A DNA stretch of 64,000 nt, taken from contig OX597815.1 of the NCBI GenBank assembly GCA_951406725.2, positions 20,274,001 through 20,338,000 of the forward strand, written 5' to 3'. The position numbers and the translations under genes were made by a program. The notes below the pieces were generated by a model, which was given only the letters and a program-made list of their open reading frames with translations, did not search any database and was not told the DNA's origin. This stretch comes from Octopus vulgaris (taxonomy: Eukaryota). Below, piece by piece: positions 1 to 12,532 of this stretch; within the stretch, counting starts at the first letter, position 1; every line of letters starts with the position of its first letter.

Positions 1-3000
1 AGTTCTGCTGTTAGCTTTATATTGTGTGGTGAGCAAAGTTGGGAGCAGTAGTCCAAGTAGCTGAGGATGAATGTCTTCCAAAGGGCCATCAGTGTCTCCT
101 TCTCTCTTGTTCTGAAAGTTCAGAGAATCCATCCAGCTAGCCATCTGCATTTTATCACCAAATTAGTAATATGTACTTGGAAAGATGCATCATTGCTCAT
201 GTCAATACCCAGGTCATGCACTGATTTTGACTCAGGAATTACAACTCTTTCCGGGCCAGTGTATCCAGACTGCATGTTGTTTACCTCTGTGTGCCAGTAG
301 CGCAGGGCCTCAAACTTCCCTACATTAAACTGCATGTTGTTGTCCTCAGCCCACCTGTATATTGTATCCAACTCCCATTGCAGATGTGCAATATTTTCAG
401 GGTTTTGTATTGTGTGGGAGACTTTTGTGTCATCTGCATAGCTAGCAAGGATGGCCATCTTAGCAACTGAGGGCATGTCTGAAAGGGCCACTATGAACAG
501 CAGTGGTCCCAAGACAGTGCCCTGTGGAACACCGCTTGTTATTTGTGTTTCCTTGGAGGTTATCCATTGGCCACAACTGCTTGCCTTCTATCTTTAAGGA
601 AGTTGTTCAGCCACTCTCCAAGTTTTCCGCCTATGCCGAGACCACGCAGTTTGTGATAAATCATACCATAGTCGACTTTATCAAAGGCTTTTGCAAAGTT
701 GAGATATATCTCATCTACATTTAAGCCATTTAGTAGCTGCTTTAACACCCAGTCATAGTGTTGTAGGAGCCGTGGTAGGCAGCTCCTACCTGGTTGAAAT
801 CCATGATGGGTGTCAGTCAGCAAGTCATTTTCTTCAAGGAACATGATTAGTTTCTTGTGGACTATTCGTTCCATGACTTTGCTGATGTGTGAGGTCAGAG
901 AGATAGGCCTATAATTTTTAGCATCTGCTCTGCTTCCTCCCTTATGGTTAGGGCATATTACCCCCTCTTTCAATTTGACTGGAAGCTTACCACTTGCAAG
1001 AAAGCTCTGAAAAAGAAGCTGTAGCGGTTTTGCAAGGGCTCATTTGCACGATTTGTGAAGGATCGCTGGAAATCCATCAGGTCCAGCAGATGAGTTTGTG
1101 TCAATCTCATCTATGGCCAGTGTGATATCATCATCTTCAATGTTGATGTACTCAATTTTTGGCTCTTTGGCAACAGATAAAGTAGCAAAGAATTCTTCTG
1201 GTTTGTCTACTTGCCTGTGTCCTAGAGGTGTAGTGAACACACTTTGGAACTGTTCATTCAGTATTTCACTTATCCTCATGAGATTTCCTGTGAGGGAGCC
1301 ATCTTTTTGGAAGAGAGGTCCTATTCTATGGCACACTGTGACTGTCTCTTTGGCAAACTTAAAGAAAGCTTTAGGGTTTGACTTGATATTTTCTATTACC
1401 CAAGCTTCTTTATCTGCTCTCTCTCCTTTTCATGAGACTGATGCAGACTTCTCACCACTTTTGGTGTGCTTGCTCAGGCAGTTCGCAATCCTTGTCCATC
1501 GTCTCATAAGAATCTTCCTTTCTCTAGGGATCCTGTTTTTGTGTGTGCTGGCCCTGCACACTGGGACATATTTGTCACATATGGCTTGTATTATGGACAT
1601 GAAATGTTTGTGTTTCATGTCAATGTCTGGTGTGGAGAGACATTTAGGCCAATCCTGTTTGAGGATCACTTTCTCAATCAACTTCAAATTTGCTTTATGA
1701 AAGTTTAATTTGGAGAGATTGTGGATGCTTCGTATAGGCTGTGTGTCTGCTGGGGCTTTTGGTCCATACATAAACAGCTCTATTATGTTGTGATCTGAGA
1801 TCATTGTCGGCATCACTTTAACATTATGGATAATATCCATATTGTTTGTGAAGCAGAGATCTAGTATATTATTTGCCCTGGTTGGTTACAGCACTATTTG
1901 CTCCATGAAAGAGGCATTTGTGAGATGGATCAGGGACTCTGCCTGTGCTTGCTGATGGTGTGTCATCCCTGGGAGCATCTGCTCCCCAGGCCATTCCACA
2001 TTGGGGAAGTTAAAGTCCCCTGTGAAGAATACACTGTTGTGTTGTTCCAGTTTGGTGAGAACTTCTATTTTTGTTAGGCAGTCTTCAAACATGCCTGTGT
2101 GATTTGGGGCATCCGGTGGACTATATGTAGTACATATGATGATATTTAGTTGTCTTATGTGTACAATTTGAGTGTCACACACTGAGATTGAATATGACAA
2201 CAGGACCTGGGGCGTGAGGTCATCTTGGATGTAGACTGCAACTCTAGCATGACTCCTCCCTTTTCTATCTGTGCATATGACAACATATTGCAGTATGTTT
2301 ATTTCTGCATCCCCTACATCAGGTCCAAGATGTGTTTCTATGAGTGTCATGCATATAGCTTGATTGCATGCCGCAAGGACTCTCAGGAATGAGATTTTCT
2401 TTTTACAGTTGCCACGCAGCAGCCCTCCTATGTTCAGAAGAAATATTTTTGTGGCGTGTGTGTTGGTGTTTTTGGTGGCCATCCTGCATCTGTTGGTGGT
2501 GGCCTTGTGTGGTGGTAGTTCCAGCTTTGTGTTTGTAGCCAGGTCAGCTGCTGGACAATTTTTTGTGCCATGCACAAAAAAGATTGCTGTTCAGCTGCTG
2601 CCCTTCTCACATCTGGGTGAAGCTGGCCATTTGTTGGGCTACCGCGCACTACATCCGCATATCATCTTTCAGGAGTGGTCAGTGCACCATTTTTCCTTCT
2701 TTTATATTTTTCTTTATCTTTTTGTTCTCCCCGAGGGAGGGATTTTTGTCTTGGGTGCATGCGGTTTTGGCAGGGCTTCTGATGTGCAAAACGACAGTTT
2801 GCACCATCGATGCCATGCCAGCAGTCTCACTTCAGGTAGAATTTACAGATGTTTCTGCTTTTGTCCTTATAGTTCTTGCTGGGGTTCTTCTGTTTTTTCT
2901 GAACAGTGTTTGTTTTAGTTTACTTGTCTTTTACCCCTTGTTTTCCATCGATTTTAGGGCACTTTCCTTTTTTCGCGGCCATCATACCCCTTAGGTCTAC

Positions 3001-3281
3001 AGTTGTGTTGGTAGCTGGACATGTGCCATTGTTTCCCTTGGTTGCAGGTCTCTCAGTTGTGTCTGTTGTTGGATCCTGGATGCTTTCTCCATCCTTTTGG
3101 TCATCCCTGGTGCAGTCACCTCCCAGGATGATGTCCAATGTGTCCATGTGTTGCCTGATTAGAGCATATGAATGGAGGAATTCGCGTTTCTTTCACTCTA
3201 TCTGGGCGGTGGTCCTGGAAAGATCATTGCTCTTAAGCGCCGCTGCAATGATATTGTTTGAGGAGTCACCTTCGGCAATCT
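1..3281 (-). mobile_element. Decayed non-LTR retrotransposon (CR1/L2-group LINE): ORF1 remnant plus APE endonuclease-RT ORF2, broken by stops and frameshifts; 3' part runs off the window start
   Basis: APE motifs LNIGGL, ETHL, GDFNFP, SDHN (1430-2575). RT motifs GPDGFP, NYRPISLTSHISKVMERIV, HGFQPGRSC, FAKAFDKVD, GPLLF, YADDTK (120-1336). Split over several short ORFs. Confidence 0.95.
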
Positions 3282-3468
3282 ATGTATATATATATATACA
3301 TGTATATATATATTCTAAGTTATACATATGTATATACATATATATACATACATATACACACATACACATATATACATCCATATATAGATAAACATATATA
3401 TATATACATCCATATATATATAGCAATAATAATTCTCTAAATGAGATATAGACAGTGACTGCTCCGTA

Positions 3469-3625
3469 ATATAAGGGATATTAGCCAACCGAAGATAAAG
3501 GACGCCGTGATGGCGTCAGGCCTATCTGGTGACGTTGATGTTCGCCTGGGGCTAAATGCAACAGTGACACCCCCACCACCCTGCCCTGTCCCTAGCCATA
3601 TTCGGTTGGCTAATATCCCTTATAT
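3469..3625. mobile_element. Small MITE-like element with 25-bp perfect inverted repeats (unclassified)
   Basis: ATATAAGGGATATTAGCCAACCGAA (3469-3493) is the exact reverse complement of 3601-3625. Confidence 0.7.
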
Positions 3626-3877
3626 CATATATATATATATATACATATATATACATATACATACATACACATATATACATCCATATATAGATATACATAT
3701 ATATATATACATATATATATACATATTTGAGTAGTTGAATGAATTATCTTATTATGGATAATTCAGTTAACCGATACCTGGGTAGCAAATTCACATCAGA
3801 AAAACACGGTTGAAGCTACATGCCAAAGGCAGAGATCTCGTGCTTTTGTGTGGAAATTTGTGTGTTTTTTTAAATAC

Positions 3878-4146
3878 AAATAAATGAAAGAATGGAGTTG
3901 AACGACGAATTAACAAAATTCCTTTATTCTCGACGTATGTTTCGAAGGCTGCATATTCCTAATTTCGAAGGAATAAGGGGTGCCTTATGCCACCTTCTCA
4001 TCAGGAAAAACAAGGAACTTATGTCAGCATCAAGATGCAGAAAAACTTTTAGATGACTGCCCACACGGAGCCCAGAGTGATAATCATATGTCGAGAATAA
4101 AGGAATTTTGTTAATTCGTCGTTCAACTCCATTCTTTCATTTATTT
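3878..4146 (-). mobile_element. Penelope-like pseudo-LTR fragment with partial inverted duplication
   Basis: Perfect 57-bp inverted repeat (3878-3934 / 4090-4146). On the minus strand a hammerhead core is followed by AATAAA, an arrangement known for Penelope-like pLTRs. Family assignment is inference. Confidence 0.6.
3921..4015 (-). ncRNA. Type I (minimal) hammerhead ribozyme
   Basis: Minus strand reads CCTTGTTTTTC-CTGATGA-GAAGGTGGCATA...TATGCAGCCTTC-GAAA-CATACG-TC-GAGAATAAAGG. Canonical CUGAUGA and GAAA core, G-C opening stem II, GUC triplet, stem I TTTTC/GAGAA. Confidence 0.75.
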
Positions 4147-4156
4147 ATATATATAC

Positions 4157-4187
<31 letters not shown>

Positions 4188-4188
4188 C

Positions 4189-4219
<31 letters not shown>

Positions 4220-4443
4220 ATATACATATATATATATAAATATACATATATATATATAAATATACATATATATATATATAAATATACATATATGTATATA
4301 CATATACATATACATACAAATACATATACATACATATACATACATATATATACATACATATACATACATATACATATATATACATATACATATATATACA
4401 TATACATATATTTACATATATATACAAATACATATATATACAT
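4145..4443. repeat. Compound (TA)n/(TACA)n microsatellite
   Basis: Direct inspection. Confidence 0.95.
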
Positions 4444-4444
4444 A

Positions 4445-5030
4445 TTTTTATTTTATTTTATTTTTTTATTTTATTTTATTTTATTTTATCTAGTTTCAGC
4501 TCACGAGCTGTGGCCATGCTGGGGCACCGCCATTCGGTGTTGCTACATGATTTTACTTCATGAATGCTTTTTAGCAATTGCCATTTGGTGCATGAGAGAG
4601 TTCGATGCAGCTGCCCTCATCTGCACCTCCTGCCGTGAAGTTGGTTCATCTGGGACACCTGACAGGAAGAGATCCAGTTTTATTTTAAAGACATCTGCAT
4701 CCACCCCATGCAGGTCTCTCAGGTCCTTCGAGAGGATATTGAAGAGCTGTGGGCCTCTGAAGCCCAGGCTATCACAGTATCTTGTCCTACATCTTGATGG
4801 CAAATTTGGAGTCCTTGGCACTATGCAGTGGCGCCCAGTTCTAGCATTTGTGTAACTCTCGATGCCAAAGTTTGGGACAAGTCCTACTAGGATCTTCCAG
4901 ATGTATATTATGGCATATCTTTCTCGCCTACGCTCTAAGGAATAGAGTCTTAATCTCTTGAGTCTTTCCCAGTAGCTTATATGCTGCCCTCATCTGCACC
5001 TCCTGCCGTGAAGTTGGTTCATCTGGGACA
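4445..5030 (-). mobile_element. 5'-truncated CR1/L2-group LINE 3' end with (AAAAT)n tail
   Basis: ORF2 C-terminus GPQLFNIL...[16 protein letters not shown] (4558-4821), 3' end GGCGGTGCCCCAGCATGGCCACAGCTCGTGAGCTGAAACTAGAT, then (AAAAT)n. Near-identical copy at 45570-45860. Confidence 0.9.
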
Positions 5031-5048
5031 TACATATATATATACATA

Positions 5049-5079
<31 letters not shown>

Positions 5080-5132
5080 GTTTATACATACATATATATA
5101 TATACATACATGTTTATACATACATATACATA

Positions 5133-5170
<38 letters not shown>

Positions 5171-5181
5171 CATATATATAC

Positions 5182-5218
<37 letters not shown>

Positions 5219-5298
5219 CATATATATACATACATATATATACATATATATACATACATATATATACATATATATATATACATACATATATATACATA

Positions 5299-5336
<38 letters not shown>

Positions 5337-5397
5337 CATATATATATATACATACATATATATACATATATATATATACATATATATATATACATAC

Positions 5398-5428
<31 letters not shown>

Positions 5429-6263
5429 CATACATATATATACATATATATACATACATATACATACATATATATACATATATATACATACATATACATA
5501 CATATATATATACACATATATATACATATATATATACACATATATATATATACAACTATATATATATACAAATATATATATACAAATATATATGCATACA
5601 AATATATATGCATACAAATATATATACATACATATATATATAAATACAAATATATATGCATACAAATATACAAATATATACAAATATATATACATACATA
5701 TATATATATACATACATATATATATACATACAAATATATATATACATACATATATATATACATACAAATATATATATACATATATATATATACATACATA
5801 TATACATATACATACATATATACATACATATATATACATATACATACATATATACATACATATATACATACACATACATATATACATACATATATACATA
5901 CATATATATACATATACATACATATATACATACATATATATACATATACATACATATATATATACATATACACATATATATACACATATATATATACATA
6001 TAGATATAAACATACATATACATACATATATACATACATATACATACATATATACATACATATACATACATATATACATACATATACATACATATATACA
6101 TACATATATATATATATACATATATACATATATATATACATATATACACATATATACATATATATACATATATACACATATATACATATATATACATATA
6201 TACATATACATATATATACATATATACATATACATATATATACATATATATATACATATATAC

Positions 6264-6303
<40 letters not shown>
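5031..6303. repeat. About 1.3-kb compound TA/TACA microsatellite
   Basis: Direct inspection; source of the YI-rich ORFs. Confidence 0.97.
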
Positions 6304-6304
<1 letters not shown>

Positions 6305-7010
6305 GCAGCAAAGTTGACATGGCCCGCAGAATGTGTTCCTGGATTCTCAGAACCTTCCAGTCGAGAGATTCCCACGCTATTATCCTTCTCTTCTCCACTT
6401 TTGCCCGACCCTACCTTGAATACTGCTGTCCACTGTGGTCTCCCTACACAAAACAAAATATTATGAGAATTGAAGCTCCCCAAAGGTCAATCACAAAAAA
6501 GATAGATGGCATGTCAGACCTTGACTACTGGGGTAGACTAGAGAAGCTGAAATTGTATTCACTCCAACGACGCCGTGAACACTACATTATCTGTATGATG
6601 TGGAAAATATTCCATCAGCACTGTCCGAATGATGTTGGCATCACCTTCAAAATGCATCCAAGGCTTGGACCACGTGCCATCCGTCCACAACAAAAATCTA
6701 AATCGCATCACATAACAACAATACGGCACAACTATTTCACCTCAATTGGAACCCGCTCTCTTCAACATTACACCAGGACACGTCAAAAAAGAAACTGACC
6801 ACACAAAATTCAAGAAGTCTTTGGACAAATTCCTTCAAACAGTACCGGACAAACCACCCACACCCGGATATGTCTCCGCAAACAATAACTCTCTGCTCGA
6901 ATGGGCCTTGGTGCCCAAATACTGAACTGAAAGACTTCGCCAGGTGGTGCTATTAAGTTAGACATGGCCTGGGCCAATACTGGCCAAAACCTTTCTAAGT
7001 TATTCTAAGT

Positions 7011-7011
<1 letters not shown>
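6304..7011 (+). mobile_element. 5'-truncated CR1/L2-group LINE 3' fragment (different family)
   Basis: WILRTF...[14 protein letters not shown]...YWGRLEKLKLYSLQRRRE, typical RT-thumb/C-terminal region; ends in a (TTCTAAGTTA)2 tail. Confidence 0.9.
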
Positions 7012-7094
<83 letters not shown>

Positions 7095-7207
7095 CATATA
7101 TATAATATATATATACATATATACATAATATATATATATACATATATATATATACATATATATACATATACATATATATACATATATATACATATATATA
7201 TATATAC

Positions 7208-7258
<51 letters not shown>

Positions 7259-7451
7259 TATACATATATACATATATATACATATATATACATACATATA
7301 TACATATATATACATATATATACATATATATATACATATATACATATATATATACATATATATATATATATACATATATACATATATATATACATATATA
7401 CATATATAAATACATATATATACATAGATATATACATACATATATACATAC

Positions 7452-7501
<50 letters not shown>

Positions 7502-7758
7502 ATATACATATATATACATACATACATATATACATATATATACATACATATACATATATACATATATATACATACATATATATACATATATACATATATA
7601 TATATATACATACATACATATATATATATACATACATACATATATACATATATATATGTATATACATATATATTCATACATACATACATACATATATATA
7701 TATACATATATATTCATACATACATACATACATATACATACATATACATACATATATA
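7012..7758. repeat. Compound TA/TACA microsatellite
   Basis: Direct inspection. Confidence 0.97.
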
Positions 7759-8145
7759 TCTTTATATATAAAAGTGAAGTTGTGTGTCTGTCTCCTACGA
7801 TTTAGATTCCTAACTACTCCCACATTTTGCGGTGCAGTTTAACCAAAACCGGGTATCTTGTAGTCGTGATTCATATCGAGCCCTTCTGAGTATTAGCGCG
7901 CGTCTACGATTTTTAAAATAATTTACCATCATTTTTTTCCATTTTAATGCATTTTTTTCGCTATTATATAAGGTAAGTAACTCTCTAAAAATGTCTACGA
8001 TGAGTCATCGATTCAAAAAAAAATTTACCATCCCTTTTTTTCTATTTTTAATGCATTTTTTGCTATTTTTTTGCTATAACTCTCTAAAAATGCTTATATA
8101 GTTATTTCCGTTACAAACCCGAGCAACGCCGGGTGATACCGCTAG
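7759..8145 (+). mobile_element. Non-autonomous Helitron, copy 1
   Basis: 5' TC, 3' CTAG, subterminal hairpin CCCGAGCAACGCCGGG, inserted between A and T, no TSD. Homologous copies at 12533 and 16472. Confidence 0.9.
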
Positions 8146-8193
8146 TATATATATATATATATACACATATATACATACATATATATACATTAC

Positions 8194-8224
<31 letters not shown>

Positions 8225-8415
8225 CATACATATACAGCAAGAAATTTTTTTTTTAAAGTGTGGAAAGGCTGTGCACTGAGTCAATCTCACTCACTAAGCA
8301 ACAGCAGCCATAATCTGAAAAGAAGAACAAGTCAACATCATCGGTAACCACTGAGCCGCAGGCTTTATGTTGGAGTTATCCCAGTTACCTGAGTTACCTT
8401 CTACTAGAAGGATGA

Positions 8416-8875
8416 CCTCTGAAGCCCAGGCTATTACACTATCTTCTCCTACGTCTTGATGGCAAATTTCGAGTCCTTGGCACCATGCAGTGGCACCTAG
8501 TTCTAGTATTTGTGTAACCTCTAGTTGCCAAAGTTTGGGACCAGTCCTTCCAGGATCTTCTAGATGTATATTATGGCATATGTTTCTAGATGTATATTAT
8601 GGCATATGTTTCTCTAAGGAATAGAATCAATTTCTTGAGTCTTTCCCAATAGCTTATATGCTGCATAGAGGCTATCTTCTTTGTGTAGCTTTGTTGGATT
8701 GCCTCAAGTTCTGAGGCAATTTGACACTGCTTGGTGACCATAGCTGAGAGCAATAGTCAAAGTGGCTTAGGACAAGTGTCCTCCAGAGGACCATCATGGT
8801 CTTCTGGTCTCTCGTTCTAAAAGTTCTAAGAATCTATCCGGTCAGCCACCTACATTCATTGCCAATTTAGCAATA
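8416..8875 (-). mobile_element. CR1/L2-group LINE internal fragment
   Basis: Aligns by eye with 4755-4987 (CTCTGAAGCCCAGGCTAT...GAGTCTTTCCCA) and extends further toward RT. Confidence 0.85.
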
Positions 8876-11800
8876 TATATAAATACATAGATAAATATAT
8901 GTACATGCATCCATCTACACATATATATATATTCAACTATATGTACATGCATACATCCACACAAACATATATAATGTACACAAACACTTACACATCAGCA
9001 TCGCCATTTGATATTCTTCTTTTATGCTGGCATGGTTCCTTACCATAGAAGGGATACATTACTCCCTCACACTACATAAGAGCAGGTTAGAATCAGGTTG
9101 GAGATGGGAAAAGAGATAAAGTTGGTGATGAGAGATCAGAATGTTCCCTCAAGACACAAAAAGATGAATTGTAGAGTTGGGACAGAAGATTGGCAAAGAT
9201 GGATGGAGATGTTGCAAGAATGTATGAGGAGAATGGAGATAGAAAGCAGGGCATAAATGATGAGCAGTGAAGGAGTAATTGAAGGTAAATATGAGGTGAG
9301 TAGGGAAGAGGAAGTGATGATGGGCAGTACAGAAATGGTGAAGAACAGAAGAAGAAGAATATGGTAGACAGGAGAAGGATGTGAGAAAGGGAAATGTTGA
9401 GTCCAAGAACAAGTGGAGAAAGTGAGACGTATATAATAGGAGAGATGGCTAGAAATACATGACTTGTATAGTTCTCACAAGCCATTTTTTAATCTCTAAT
9501 TTCCTCAGTGACCACCACATCACGGAGCAAAGGACACTGTCTAAGGTCTTCTCCGGGTAAACAAATACTGAGTACAATGGTTAACTTTTAGCTAAACATT
9601 TCTTCTGAAATACTTCTAGGTAGAAAGCACAAGTAGAATTTCTTATAGCTCAAAAGCAAACCCCATTTCACCGATGCAAATTCATGAAAAATTTAGATTT
9701 CACAAATAGTTATTTCTCACATTATCATAATGCCCGAAATCTGTGAGGAGCTTGGGTAATCGATTATACTTACTACATTATACTTACCTTATCAACTCTG
9801 GAAAGATGAAAAGCTTGATGGTATTTTGAACTCAGAAAATAAACGGAATTAATTAAATAATGAAATTAAACATCAGTAATTAGCAAAAACAGAGACACCT
9901 CTAAGTATAGAGTTATGTCCCTTTAAATTTTCTATTCAACACTAATTGTGGTTAAGTACGTCTTTTGTCAGCGTCACAGGATCTGTCCATCTCGTATCGG
10001 TCTTCTAAGTCACATCCGCTCCTATGCGAAACAATGTGAAGGAGGCAGAGGTGGATGAATGTTTTGGATCGACGCTGTTACTACCTTTGGTGTGCTGTCA
10101 TAAAGCAATAAGCAAGTACCAGTTAAAAAAACTGATTTTTTTCAAAGGGCCTCTATCCCTTTCTCTTCAAGTTACCAACGTTTAAAAATCATTACTTCCA
10201 AACACAATCGCATCACTAAAAACTAGGTCTTTTTATCTACCTGGCCATAACATCTATAAATTTTATTGTTGTTGTCAAGCCTCGAGCGGTGTTATACAGG
10301 CTGGAGGTAGATACAATTTTCTTCTGGGGCGTGAAAAACATTGTGTATGAAAGATAAAAACTGCATCAACCAACTGCAAAAAAAAACTGTACTTGACAAA
10401 AATTGGTACCAATTGTAGGTAAGCTCCAAAACAGAACTAAATATTAATACACGATGAGACATTTTATCAGGTTGTCCTCTCAGTTACTCTGTAAACCAGA
10501 AGTAATCAATATTTTGAAGACTTCTAACTATATTTTCTGATCACCGTATCATTGTGAAAGCCATAAAAATGATTCAACCGTGTTAATTATTGTATTTGGA
10601 TCTCATTAAGTGCTCAACTAACTAACGAGAATATTTTTCACATGTATATATATATTTTTTTAAAAAAACAGAGTTTGGAAGGTTCGTGAACCCTGCTCTG
10701 GAATGTTAAATAGTTGTGTATTATATATAATACACAACATTCAAAAGAAAATATAGAACATCCCAGGATATCTTCATTCTCGACTAACGTACACCTCAGA
10801 GGACGACGTTTTGCTATGGCCCCAGTCATTCACCCGGTTATCTGGTATGGCCCGGTCATCAGGTGGATCTTGCAAAAGTGCATTGGCAACGGACAATTTT
10901 GAATCTTCTTCAATAACCGGGAGCACAGTGGGTATCAAGGAGAGGAGATCAGACACGGAAATATTCCCGGTCATATCACATATTGGTTGTCAGGCTGCTC
11001 CCCACAGAAAGTGCTGTGTGCTGGGGAGATATGTTCAATCTTGTCGCTCACCAAGGAATATGATGGAACTGATTTCCGTTCTCACATTGGTATCGTATAC
11101 AACAAGGTTCTTTTCTCGTAGAAGCTTTGTTGCATTGCCTCGCAGCATGTGTGGGGTTGCTCTGGCACCAAGAGCATCATTACACCACCGGATGGATATT
11201 CCCCTGAGATTAAGCTTAACTTGAAATCGTAGTCATGCTACGCAAATTGTTTAGAAAAGATGTTCTTTTAACCGATAATTCCAGCCTTGACCATCCTGTC
11301 TTTTTTTTCGATAATATATCAAGAACTTCATTATCCAATGCATTCTTCAATTATGTTTAGATAGGGTGTGGCTGAGGTGTTTTTGACAGAAATTCAGCTG
11401 CTATTTTTTGAAGACCGGGTGACTACATAGAGACCCTTTATTGGCTTGTCAGAGGTAAAACTGGTCATTATTGATGAAAGTTGTATAACTTCAGATCGTT
11501 CTTGATAAGCAGACCTCTGCTCAAAGCCATGACAATCTCATCCATCTAGGAATATCTCGAATTACACGTAACGTGTCCTTCCTTGCTAAAGACGGTGGGT
11601 CTGATTTGTTTCTAGTTGGTCGTGAAACTAGGTCATCTCTTTCTTGAGAGCTTACCTCCAGGTTACCATAAATTACTATTTCTTAAGAATACATCTCGAA
11701 ATCGTGTATCTAAAGAAAAAAAGGACTAACAATAATGAAAATTAGGTGAAGTAAACTGTTGGCTCTGAGTAAAGCTTTATAGCAAACGTACTTATTGATT

Positions 11801-12532
11801 TCTCGCAATGGCGCTTTCAACAAATTATCAGAGAAGTGATACAAGTTGATCGACTCGACCCTACAACATATATATGAGGTTAATGTTATCAAATAAATAA
11901 AAAATCTGATAATTAAAATACTTACAGGTCTTCTTAGAATGTTTATATTTCTTGTTTGTTGCTTATCAGAATGTGTTACCGTTCGCAAAAACTTTTCTCT
12001 TTTATTCTTTTTTCCTTTGTGAACAGAATTAGAATCACAATTGCATTAATTGATAACAAGGCAAACTATTCAGAATAAGAACCTAACAAAGAGAACACCA
12101 AAATGTTGGTTCAATGGCCAAAAGACGACGTGACTTTTAAAAAAGAGAAAAAAGAATTTATCCCTTCTACGGATATTCTGTCTTCTTCGACAATGTCTTC
12201 CTTACCAAAAGTCAGTAAAAATTTCGCTGAAAAAAAATATATATATATAACTTTTGCTGGCCATCGAGGAACGCGAGAGGATCGAAACGCTGTCACTGAG
12301 GACGTGAGCTCACGCGCTCGGCTTTGCTCTGAAAGGCAAAAGCTGGTGCCCTCGGCGTCTCGCTGTAAATGGGAAACGCCACTGAACTTATTAAGTGGAA
12401 AGGAATGTATATAATGGCAAGAAACCAAGAAATTACAGCGACAGGGTTGATTTTTGAAATGGTTTAAATCAATGCTATCGATAGAATTTGAATAATAAAC
12501 GTAACAAAATGTGTAATTTTTTATTTTATTAA

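Noticed and set aside
4137-7753. Many long ORFs (up to 497 aa) rich in Y/I/M/C/H
   Set aside because: Translations of TA/TACA microsatellites that happen to lack stops; open in most frames on both strands.
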